Of a stretch of 64,000 nt of DNA, positions 37,033-48,100 are shown in pieces. A program made the position numbers and the translations under genes. How positions within the stretch are numbered: position 1 is the stretch's first letter; the number at the start of each line of letters is the position of its first letter. The DNA is from a virus (lineage: Duplodnaviria; Caudoviricetes). The DNA is taken from IMG/VR virus record IMGVR_UViG_2791355157_000004, positions 9,313 through 73,312 of that record; one strand, given 5' to 3'. The notes beneath the pieces were generated by a model. It did not search any database, was not told the DNA's origin, and was given only the letters and a program-made list of their open reading frames with translations.

Positions 37033-37494
37033 ATGAGTGACATGGGTATCTTCAATAACGGCTATGGTTCGATGGCGAACTATGGTGCGACACAAAACGG
37101 TGGACTGGACCTCTCCGTTTTCAATACCGGGCAGCCTGCCGGCGCCGCAGGCCTTGGCCTGGGGCAAGCCGGCGGGGCTGCTGACTCTGGCCTCTTTTCC
37201 ATGAGCTCGATGTTCGGTGGTAAAGATGCGGGCGGTGCGCAGTCAACGGGCTGGGTAACCGGTGGCCTGGGTGCGCTGCAGGGGATCGGCAACCTGTACC
37301 TGGGTATGCAGAGCTACGGCCTGGCCAAACAGCAGTTTGCCGCGCAGCAGCAGGCCTACAAAACCAACCTGGCGAACTCGGTGAACTCCTACAACACCGC
37401 GCTGGAAGACAAGATCCGCGGACGCACCTCGGATTACGCCGGCAAAGAGCAGGACGTACAGAACTATCTGGCGTCTCACAAAGCCACCACCTGA
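37033..37494 (+). CDS. N4 gp52-like ejection protein
   Basis: Gly-rich; SYNTALED; synteny. Confidence 0.75.
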   Translation: MSDMGIFNNGYGSMANYGATQNGGLDLSVFNTGQPAGAAGLGLGQAGGAADSGLFSMSSMFGGKDAGGAQSTGWVTGGLGALQGIGNLYLGMQSYGLAKQQFAAQQQAYKTNLANSVNSYNTALEDKIRGRTSDYAGKEQDVQNYLASHKATT

Positions 37495-37506
37495 GGGGAA
37501 TAACAC

Positions 37507-39036
37507 ATGGCTTCACCGTTGACGTGGCAGAACGTTGACGGTCCCCGTGCAGGTTACGGCGGGCCGTCTTTCAGTGATGCACTCCAGGCCATTAATACCG
37601 GGCTTAACTCGCTGCAGGGTGTGGGTAAATCCCTGCGCGACGACTCTGTGGCCAACTTCGATAACGCGAAGAATCAGAACACCGGCGCGCTGGTCAATGC
37701 CCTGTCGAATATCACCGATGCCGGCGAACTCCAGAAGCAGATCGCTTCCGGTGCCTTTAACGCGGACAACCTGCAGAAGCAGTTCGGCGGCGCCATTGAC
37801 TATGGCGTCTTCAACAAAGCGCTGCAGGCCCGGGCCGGGCAGATTCAGGCAGACCAGGAAGGTCAGCTGAAGCTGAACGAGGACACCGATTACCAGGCGC
37901 ATCAGGCAGACCTGGCGCAACTGGCGGGGCTGGCCAACACTGATCCGTCGGCTTACAACGCTGCGCTGAAGAACCTGGATCTGGGTACCGCTGCCGGCCG
38001 CATCCTGAGCCAGACCAACCCGTACATGAGCGCTACCCGTGAGAATGCCACCACGATGCGCGGTCAGGACCTGTCGCACGCTGACAACCAGGCGCAGATT
38101 GGCCTGGCGCGTGATCAGTTCAACTACCGTAAAGCGATGGACACCAAGCTCCAGGCGAAGCAGGACACGGACGATGCGTTTGCCAGTGGCCAGAACTTCG
38201 CGGTATCGGCGCTCAAGGACAAGTCGGAGAACGACGCAACCAAGGCGTTTACCAGCTCCAAAGAGTTCCTGGCAATGGACCCGGACCACCAGAAGGCAGC
38301 CCTGACCGGCCTCACCACTGCTTATCAGCGTGGTTCAGCCATGACGGATGCCGAGCAGCAGGACTTCCAGAAGACCATGCAGCCGGTGCAGCAGATCACC
38401 TCCGCCATCGACAACAAAATCAGCACGCTGACCGCGAACTTTGCCCGCACGAATCCGCAGTTCCAGATTCTGCAGGGCGCTGACGAACTGTCAGGCAAGT
38501 CGCAGCAGGACGTGGTGAAGGAGATGATGGAGGGCACGAAGTACAACGACGCGGGTGAGGTCACCGATAAGGTGAATGCGATCGCGCAGAAGTACAACGT
38601 GCCGCCAGCACTGGTTGCCTCGGTCGCCAAAAACTCACAGAAGTCCTCGGCCATTCGCCTGGGCGGGTTCGGACGTGAAGGTGTCACCTATGACTGGGAC
38701 CGCCTTGATGACGGTGTTGCCGCTGCCATCAAGTACCAGAGTTCCGGTCAGGCCTACCAGGATCAGCAGACGCTGGGTGCCGTCACCATGCCTGCCGCAC
38801 AGCTGAAGCAGCAGATCAGCCAGGTGCAGCAGACACTGAAGCGAGTTCAGGCCGCCGGCGGCGATACCACCGCCATCAAGCGCAACCTGGAGACGCTGCA
38901 GAAACAGGGTGTGGGTGTCTACGGTGCGCTGTCTAAAACAGCGGACGATGTGCAGGCCTCTGCCAACAACACTGTACCCGCCAGTGCCAGCCGTTCCTTC
39001 ACCCAGGGCATGCTGGATAATTACCGGCGTCAGTAG
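37507..39036 (+). CDS. N4 gp51-like ejection protein
   Basis: LTWQNV N-terminus; no Cys seen; precedes vRNAP. Confidence 0.72.
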   Translation: MASPLTWQNVDGPRAGYGGPSFSDALQAINTGLNSLQGVGKSLRDDSVANFDNAKNQNTGALVNALSNITDAGELQKQIASGAFNADNLQKQFGGAIDYGVFNKALQARAGQIQADQEGQLKLNEDTDYQAHQADLAQLAGLANTDPSAYNAALKNLDLGTAAGRILSQTNPYMSATRENATTMRGQDLSHADNQAQIGLARDQFNYRKAMDTKLQAKQDTDDAFASGQNFAVSALKDKSENDATKAFTSSKEFLAMDPDHQKAALTGLTTAYQRGSAMTDAEQQDFQKTMQPVQQITSAIDNKISTLTANFARTNPQFQILQGADELSGKSQQDVVKEMMEGTKYNDAGEVTDKVNAIAQKYNVPPALVASVAKNSQKSSAIRLGGFGREGVTYDWDRLDDGVAAAIKYQSSGQAYQDQQTLGAVTMPAAQLKQQISQVQQTLKRVQAAGGDTTAIKRNLETLQKQGVGVYGALSKTADDVQASANNTVPASASRSFTQGMLDNYRRQ

Positions 39037-39111
39037 TAGTTCGCTGATCTGACATAACTTATTATGGGGGAGCGTACACACTCCCCCTTCTTTATGTCTG
39101 AGGATCGGCAC

Positions 39112-42100
39112 ATGGCCTATGAGCTAAATTACGGACAGCCCCTGGCCGGGCAGTCCGTTGGCGACGTGAAAAAGCAGCAGGTGGCAGAAGCCTCCGCAGC
39201 TAAGCAGCAGGAGCTCGACCCTGCCGCCGCCTACAACAAGGACCTGGCGAGCCTTGACCCCGTCCTGCTCCAGCAGAAGTACGGCGATAAAGCGGTCGTT
39301 GACCAGCTGGACTACAAGCTGGGCGCGGCACAGAGCCAGCGCATGGACAACTGGGATCGCAGCGCAGGTGAAGTCACCAGCGATACCGGTTTATCGGTTG
39401 CCAAAGGCGCAGTTGGCCTGGGCGGTTTCCTGTCGAGCTTCGCCCGTATGGCGGGCCAGGGCATGGCCGTCACTGGTCAGAACTGGAACGACCCTGAACA
39501 GGCACTGAAGAACCTGCACGCCGTTGAAGTGGGCAATGCCCGCTCCGCTGCGGCGCAGAACCAGAGCATCAATAATGCCAATGACGCGCTGACGCAGGCC
39601 CTGAGCCGTCGCAGCCAGCTGGCAGAGACCCGCACCAACGCGGATATTCAGGATCGCCAGCAGCAGAACACCGCGCAGTATGACGCCGACCTTAAAGCCG
39701 GTGCGTCCCCGCTGGTGGCCGGACTGGAGCAGCTGGGCCGTGGCTTTGTTGACGGTGCCAGCGCAGTCGCCAAAGACCCGACCTACCTCAGCAACTTCGT
39801 CGCCCAGCAGGTCCCTTCCCTCGCCCTCGGTCCGGCCAGCGCCGTAGCCGCCCGTGCTGAAGTCGCAGCAGGCCTCACTGGCTCAGCAGCCCGTGACCTT
39901 CTGAAGTCTGAACTCGGTAAAGCCGCGGTCCAGAAAGCCGGTACCCGTAACCTGATGGCAAGCATCGGGATCACCGAAGGCGCTGGCGCCGGTCAGCAGA
40001 CGTTTGACCAGGTGAACCAGACCAGCTTTGATGATCTGCAGAAGCACTCGCAGGACTACCGTGACCTCATCGCCCAGGGCAATTCCCCTGAGGATGCCCG
40101 CGCTGTCGTGGCCCAGCGTTCCGCCAATGCGGCAACGCTTATCCAGACGCCTGCCGCTGCCCTTGCCGGCAAGATTGCCGCGAAGTTTGAGCTGGCACCG
40201 CTGTCAGGTGGTGGCGCTACCGGTGCTGCCCGCGTCGGTCATGCCCTGATGAGTACGCTCAAAGAGACCGGTGAAGAGACCCTTCAGTCCGGTGGCGGTC
40301 AGCTGGCGCAGAACGTCGGCGTGAAGAGCTACGCGGACGACACGCAGTCCCTGTCGGACGGTGTCGGTGAGCAGGCCGGTATGGGTGCGCTCGGTGCCGT
40401 CGGTTTAACCACCGCAGTCCAGGCGCCAAGCGCCGCTGCCGGCGTGGCAAAAGTCACTGCGCGCCAGACCGCTGACATGGCGAAACAGGCGGCCGGTTTC
40501 TCAATGACCAAACTGCGCGATATCGCCGAGAAGCGTACCGCGCTGAACCCTGAAGACCAGGCCGCTGCCGATGCACAGACACAGTCTGAGTCCATCAACA
40601 CGGCCGCTCAGGAGTACGCCCAGGCGCAGCCGCAGGCGGCTACGGATGAGCAGGCCACTGAAGAAGCCCCTGCCGCACCCGAAGATACCCGCATTGGAAA
40701 GCTGGCTCAGCTGAACCAGTTCCTGTCACACCCGCAGGCACCGGAAGCGCAGAAGCGTGACCTGGTGGCCAAAGCCGTGGTGCAGATGGGCAACATGGTC
40801 AATGAGTACAAAGCCATGGGTGCAGAGGTAGAAGCCGATCCTGACGCTGACCACACGGTAACCCTGGGCAAGATGCAGGCGATGGAAAAAGCCTTCGCCT
40901 CTCCGGAATTCCAGAACATCATTGCCCACCAGCAGCACTACGCGCAGAACCCGATCGACGTCGCTGCTGCGGATGAAGCGATCCCCGAACAGGTCGGTAC
41001 CGCAACGCCTGAGATGCAGCAGCACGCCAAAGACGTGGCGGATCAGGCGGCTATTGAGCCGGAAAAAATCCCTGAGCCGCTGTATCAGAAGGTGATCAGC
41101 AACGGTAAAGCGCTGGGCCTGAACCCGCAGCAGATTGCGCAGGTACAGGGTGGCCTGAAGGTCGCGCAGCTGTCGCAGACCAAAGGCATCGACATGGTCA
41201 ATAAGGACGTGACAGAAGGCGGCAACGCCCAGTTCATGAGCCTCAAGGACCACGTGAAGGGCGTCTATGCCGGCCTCGCTGCCAATGACATGCAGAGCGC
41301 GCAGAATGCCATGACCGGCCTTCAGGCGTTTGCGCAGCACATGGCCAGCAAAGCGGCTGACTTTGACGCTGCCTACGATCGCTGGCAGGCCAACCCGGCA
41401 GCCGGTCCGGTCAGCGTGACCCGTGCCGACGGTTCCACCTACAACTCGCTGGTAACCGCGGGCCAGCAGGCGAAACCGATGTTTGCCTCCGGCAAGTCAT
41501 CCGTGCTGATGGCGAAGATCCGCAATGAAGCGAAGCTCCTGGCGGACACCTACAACCAGATGCTGTCGGACCATCCGGAGCTGTCTGGCTCACCGATTTC
41601 ACTGGCCCCTGCCCCGCAACAGCAGCAGGCACAGCCAGTGGCGGCACCTAAACCCGCTGCACCGGTGCGTGAATCCACAACCGGTACCGGCGTCTTTAAC
41701 GGTGAGCGTGAGCTGACCCGCGCTGAGATGCAGGACCTCGCCTCCGGTGAAGTGACGATCGCCGACCTCAAACAGAAGTGGGCTGACGAAGCCGCACCGG
41801 CGCCGGCGGTACAGGAGCCTGTGGCGGAAGCAGCCCCTGAACCTGCCCGGGCAGCTGAGCCGGTACCGCAGGAATCAGTACCAGCACAACCAGAGCCAAC
41901 TCCGGTGGAATCTCCAGCAGAAACCAGGGACAATGTTACTGAGCCGTTAAGTAAAGCAGACCCAGTAACTGCTAACCCAGAACCTGTGACTCCACAAACT
42001 GATGAAGCCGGGGAGCCGCAGAATGAACCGTCTGAACCATCTGAGCCTGTGGCTGATCGTGAGCCTGCAGGTGAACCTGTGGTGGCTGAAGAGGACACTC

Positions 42101-45100
42101 AGACGGGCGCTGAGCGACTTCTTGCTAATCTGACACCACGCCTTAGCCGCGAGCGTACAGAAAAGGAGAGCGAGGCCGATCACGAAGCCCGCGTCTCCAA
42201 CGCCGTGGTGAAATGGTTTGCGCCGGCTAAAGCCCGTACCCCCTTCTCCCGCACCCTGGATTTCATGTCGAAACTCGGCGAGGCGCTGCGCACATCGGCG
42301 GATGCCACCGGTGAACTGCTGGGCCTGAAAGACGGTGAGCAGCTGACCCAGGAAAACATGGATGCACTGGAGACGCTGACCTACCTCAATGACCGGTTCC
42401 GCGATGAATACGCGCAGGCCATTGCTGCCAAGCTGGCCAAGGTCAAAGACCTCAATGCCCTGCCGTGGCGCAACAGCCCTATCCTGTATTTCACCCGCGT
42501 CAGCCAGAAAGGTGAGCTGCGTTCGCACCAGACGTCACGTCACGCCACCGATGCGATCGGCATGGCGGCGCTGAAGTTTGCCCTGGATAACCTGAACGCC
42601 ACCGGGCCAACGTCACGCGAAGACCTGGCGGAAGACCTGAACATCAGCGCTGACCAGATCACCGACGCCATGATGGAGCGGTTCATGACCGGCTCGCAGG
42701 CATTCAGCGTGGTGGCCGGCCGTCTCGCCGCCTCGATTACCCGCACCATGGGCCTGAAAGCCAGTGATGACGCCCCCGGCAACATCGCCAACGGGATTCC
42801 GCTGTCGCTGGCCATGGATGCGCTGAACGTGCTGCAGAAGCTGGGCCTGGCGAAGATCGACTCCCTGAAAATGGATGTGGGTACCGCTGATGCACCGGAG
42901 ATTAAAACCTTCAAATCGGTGAGTTTCGTCAACGATGAAGGCAGTGCGCTGCGCGACATCGATGCTGCGCTGGGCAGCCAGCTGGACCTGCTGTCCCGCA
43001 TGATTGACCCGGAGAGCAAAGCCTCTGCGTACATCGATGCGCTGCCGCCTGTCGGTGGCGATCGGCTGGGCCGCTCACAGGTACAGAAGCTGTCTTCCCG
43101 CCTGAAGGATACTGTACGCAACCTGCAGAAAAAGGCGTTCTACCTGAACACCGACCTGCATGATCTGGTTGAGGGCATGGGCTTTGACGCCGTGGGTAAA
43201 ATGCTGGGTATCCGGGAAACGGATAACCTCAACCGGATGCACGCGGAAAGCGTCGAGGGCAAGAACGTCTCCATTCGTTCAGCCCTGGCAAGCTGGCAGC
43301 GCGGCATGTCTGACCTGCAGGCGAAAGCCGGCGATCGCAACCTGGGTGACATCCCGGTGCGCTTCGCCTGGTCCATCGGCAGCAACATGCGCGCCATGCT
43401 GAACTCCACCACCTTCAACCCGCAGCGGCATAAATTCCACCGCGAGCTGATGACCGGTGAACCCCGTGCGATCACCCTGGGTGATAAAAAGCAGGTTCAC
43501 CAGTTCCAGATGGCGGTAGCCCAGGCAATGGGCGTGAAGGTTGACCGCATGAGTAACGCAGCGGCCAAGGCTAAAGCAGCCGAGAAGCTGGCTGATCCGA
43601 CCGTTGCCGCTGCCGTGGATACGCTGAAAGCGCACCTCGGTGACTACTCCGGCCTGACGGCCAGCGACGTAGGGGTGATCACTGCGGCGGTCGGCATTGC
43701 CGGCGAGGGCATGAAATCCTTCCATGGTCTGCTGGCTCAGGCGAAGTTCCTGCATGCGCAGGAGAATGGCGCCACCAGCTTCATGAACCATCTCACCTTT
43801 GAGCTCGACGGTAAAACGGATGGTCCGGCAAATGCCCTGGTGCATTTCGGATCGGCGCGGGGTGACAGCACCTTCTTCAGCATGCTGAAGAAAGTCGGCC
43901 TGTTCGTGAACGATGCCTCCACCGCGCTGAACGTGTTCTCCGCCGGTGACTCCGACATCTACCAGGAAGTGTCAGCGCGCATCAACAACGTGCTGAAAGC
44001 GGCGAATCCGGACAACATGGAACCGGGTGCGGTGCGTGCCATGAAGGGGCAGCTTCGTCTGCTGCAGCTGGCGGGTAACATTGAGATTGCCGATCCGGAT
44101 GATATCAAGACGGCAACCGCCACCCGTAACATGGCCAAGAACCCGGTGACGCAGACCGTCTATTCTGCCGGTGACGACGCCAAGGTCCGCAGCCTCAGTA
44201 AGCAGATGCAGACGGCCGTGTATGAGGAACTCAGTAAGGCGCTGGCTCAGGGTACCCAACTTGACCAGAGCATCGTGGATGCCGTGGAGTCCCTGACCGG
44301 GAATACTGCGCTGCGCGATCCGGCGAACTATCAGGGTTTCCGGTTCTCGCCCAACGACAACACGCTGATGGAAAACCACCTGACCACCGGCATGGGTGCG
44401 GTGCTGAATACGGCGATCGGCGACGTGCTGGGTAACGTGGTGACCTCCGGCCAGACGCTGGCCAAGGCCGCTGCCGTTCAGCACCAGTTCTTCGCCGCCG
44501 CGTTCACCAAAGCCCGCCAGGCGAAACTCGACGCGCTGCGTGCTGCAGGCGAACTGTCGGGATTTGAAGATCTGTCCGCGGCTCAGGTGCAGGAAGTCTA
44601 TGATTCCGTGGTTCACCTCGCACCGATTTACCACAACGCCCTGACCAGCGGCACGAACCCGCGTGACGGGATGCTGATGAGTAAAGAGGTCCGCGGCAAA
44701 TTCACTGAGCAGCGCGCCGAGTCAGTCTTCGGTGACAAAACCGATATCCCGGCGCTGGACTTTGAGGCGCCAGGCGCACGCCCTGCTCCGATGATGACCA
44801 TCTCCTCAGGCGATGCCACCATGATGGCGCTCTACTTCCTGAAGCACGACAACGCCCTGAACGTCTTTGACGGACTGGAGGTTATGCCAGGGGAGTTCGA
44901 TGCCGCCGCGAAGGCGATCAACGAAGCGGTGTTCCAGGGCTGGCAGTTTGGCCTGATGAGCAGCATTGCCGAGTCGTATGAAGCCGGTATCCGCGCTGTC
45001 ACGCCTGACCTGTTCAGCGGCCTGTCTGTGGCAGAGCTGGGCAACATGGCGCGTAACCTGCGCATTCCCGCGAAGCAGCTGAAGGGTCTCGATGCCGGTC

Positions 45101-48100
45101 AGCTGATGACGCGCATCATGCAGGAGGCGGAGGGAACCAACATCGATCTGAGTGACCTTGCCACCAACATCGATGCGACGAAGAGCGTCATCTTCAACGA
45201 ACTGCCGACCTCGACCGACCACATGGCCGGCCACGAGCAGCCGGTGATTAACCGTGCTGATATCGCCCCGGTCACTGACCCGGTGACGCAGGTGGCCAGC
45301 CGCGCTAACGCCTACCGCATGCGGAAACGTAAAGCGGAAGATCTGCAGCTGTCGCAGAATGACACGGCACTCGACCGGCACCTCAAAGCGGTGAACCCGG
45401 GCAAGGGTGACCCTGTCACGGTGTTCACCAAAGACCAGGTCCTGCAGGCGCTGAAAGGCTACCTCGATGAGGTTGCCGGTAAGAAGGCGCGTATCCCGCA
45501 GTTCGTGCTGAGCCAGATTGAGAAGCAGCTGCCTGATGACCTGAGCGTCCATATCGGCACGCCGCAGAACATCCGCAGTCACATCCTGGCGCAGTTCCCG
45601 GATCTGGGCAGCGGTACGCTGGACCTGGTGCAGGGTATGACGTACGGCAACACGGTGTTCATCGGCAACCGCTCCGCAGAAACCATCCTGCATGAGCTGG
45701 TTCACGCCGCGACACAGAACGTGATTGACCAGTATTTCAGTGACGCCACCCGGCTGTCGCCAGAGCAGCGCAGCAGTATCGGAGCACTCAACCGCATCCT
45801 GACCGACTTTCTCTCAGAGGAAGCCGCCGGCCTGCCGGTTGAACAGCGCCGCTTTGGCAAGTCGGGCAACGTGCAGCAGTACCTGCAGATGCTGGTCACT
45901 ACCGGCGATCGCACCACTGCGCTGAAAGAGTTTGTGGCCTGGTCGATGACTAACCCCTGGTTAGCCGCTGACCTGCAGGCCGTGGAGAACACGGATAAAT
46001 CCACCCACATCCTGGGCCGCATCCTGAAGGTGATCGCCCGCATGCTGGGTATCGGTACCGCAGCGCAGAGCTATTTCACCTCGATCGCCGGCCACGTGCA
46101 GCAGGCCATGGGCCCTGCCTACACGCGGGACGTCACCGGCACAGCGACGGCGCTGAATCAGCTCGACCTTGATGGCCTGTTCGCCCGCCTGCGCTCCGAG
46201 CGTACGACGGTCAGTCATCAGGCGCATCTGGATCAGGTGTTCGCTAACCTCAAACAGAACCTGATTGACCGCATCACGACCACGGCGCAGCCGGTAGCCG
46301 GTATCAAAACCGCTGCTGACCAGCTGGACCTGGACGCCATCGACCCGGCTATCAGCCAGTCCGCTGCGCAGTTTATGGCGAGCGGCTACCCGATGAACGC
46401 CCAGGAAGAAATGGTGTTCAAGATGCTGCAGGCGTCACTATCCACGGCGTTTGAGGCGCACCCTGCCCGTGCCATCGAAGCGCGTAAGCTCTTCAATGAA
46501 GCGGCGCAGCGCCTGACACCGGCAGACTTTGGCCTGGGACCGATGGGCCAGATGCGCTACGACGCGCTGTTTGGTCAGGGTCAGCATGCAGATACCCAGC
46601 TGGCCAACTTCCTGGCCGTGGCCCAGGTCAACCAGCAGCTGCGTGACGCACTGCGTCAGATGTTCGTGAAGCGCAGCAGCCAGCGATCGCAGAACTGGGA
46701 AGAGCGCATCACCAAATCGGTGGATGACGCCATCCGCTGGGTGGCCAACCTCGGTACCGGTATTCGCCGCTCTACCGAAGTGCAGAAGCGCCTCGATATT
46801 CTGACGAAGAACCTGACGCACTTTGAGGCGCAGGCGAAGCAGAACGTCATTGAGAAAGCGACCAGCGGTATCGGTGATTCACTGGATCAGCTGAACAACG
46901 TGGTGAACCAGAAGAAGGCCAATGGTGCTGCCTGGCTGGAAGCCAACGCCGAGCAGCTGGCACAGAAGGTGCCGAACGCAGTCGCACAGAACTATGCCGA
47001 GTTTCTGATGCGCGGTGTGGCCGCGATGGGCAGCAAAGGGGCGAGCAGCCGGTTTGCCGAAGCGCTGACTTCCACCATTAACCAGGGCGATGCGGATACC
47101 CCGCTCGGGCCGCTGCGCTCACTGGTGGTGGAGATGATGGGCGTGACTGACTCCAACCGGGCAACGCTTGAGCTGGTCTCCCGCGCCAAGACCTCGGTGG
47201 ACAAGGTGCGTCAGATCATCCGCGAGCAGGTACCGAAAATCCTCAGCGAGCGGTTCAGCGCCCCGCTGTCACAGCAGGAGTCCGCTGCCCTGCACGCCGG
47301 CCTGGGTAAGACCGATGCTGCGTCACTGCTGAAAGCAGGCTACAGCCATACCGATGTGCAGCGCCTGTTCGCTGACCAGGCGTATCTGGTGAATGAAATC
47401 AGCAATGCGTCCGCTGCGATCGTCGGCCCTCACGCTGCTTCGCAGCGCCTGGCCTCCGACGCGCTGGCGCACTTTATGGTGACGGGTGAGGTGACCAACA
47501 GCCACCTGCTGACCAATGCCTACCAGATTGCTAACCTGACCGGTACCGGTATTGCGGTGCAGTCTGCTGATGCGAAAGCCAATCAGTCGGCGCTTGATAA
47601 ACTGGTGTCGCTGCTGGCGATCAGCAAACTGCCGGCACAGCAGAAGAGTGACGTCGCCGCAGTCATGGCGCGTGAGGAGAAAGCGAACCCGGGCGACAAT
47701 GGCGCCACGTTCTCGCTGAACTACCTCAACAACCTGCGTGAGCGCGAGGATGCTCGCCTCAATGCGATGAACGGCATCAAGGGTGCGATGCACACCACGT
47801 TTGACGCCCATAAGTCGGTGGTCATTGCCACGGCGGCCCAGGGTGCTGAGCTGCTCAAGCGCGGTTATATCAAGGGTGCCATGGTTCAGGGTGATCCGCA
47901 GGCTAACCACGGCGTCATGCATTACTACGAGTCCTCTGAGGGCGGTCGCCCGCAGTGGAATCAGGGTGCGATGCAGACGGTGCAGGTCACGGCCGGCGGC
48001 GTTGACCCGTATACCGGTCGCATGATCACCCCGGTTTCCACCCCGCGACTGCAGGGGGGTACCCAGGTGAGTGCGCTGGCAGCGAAGCGTCGCCAGCAGG

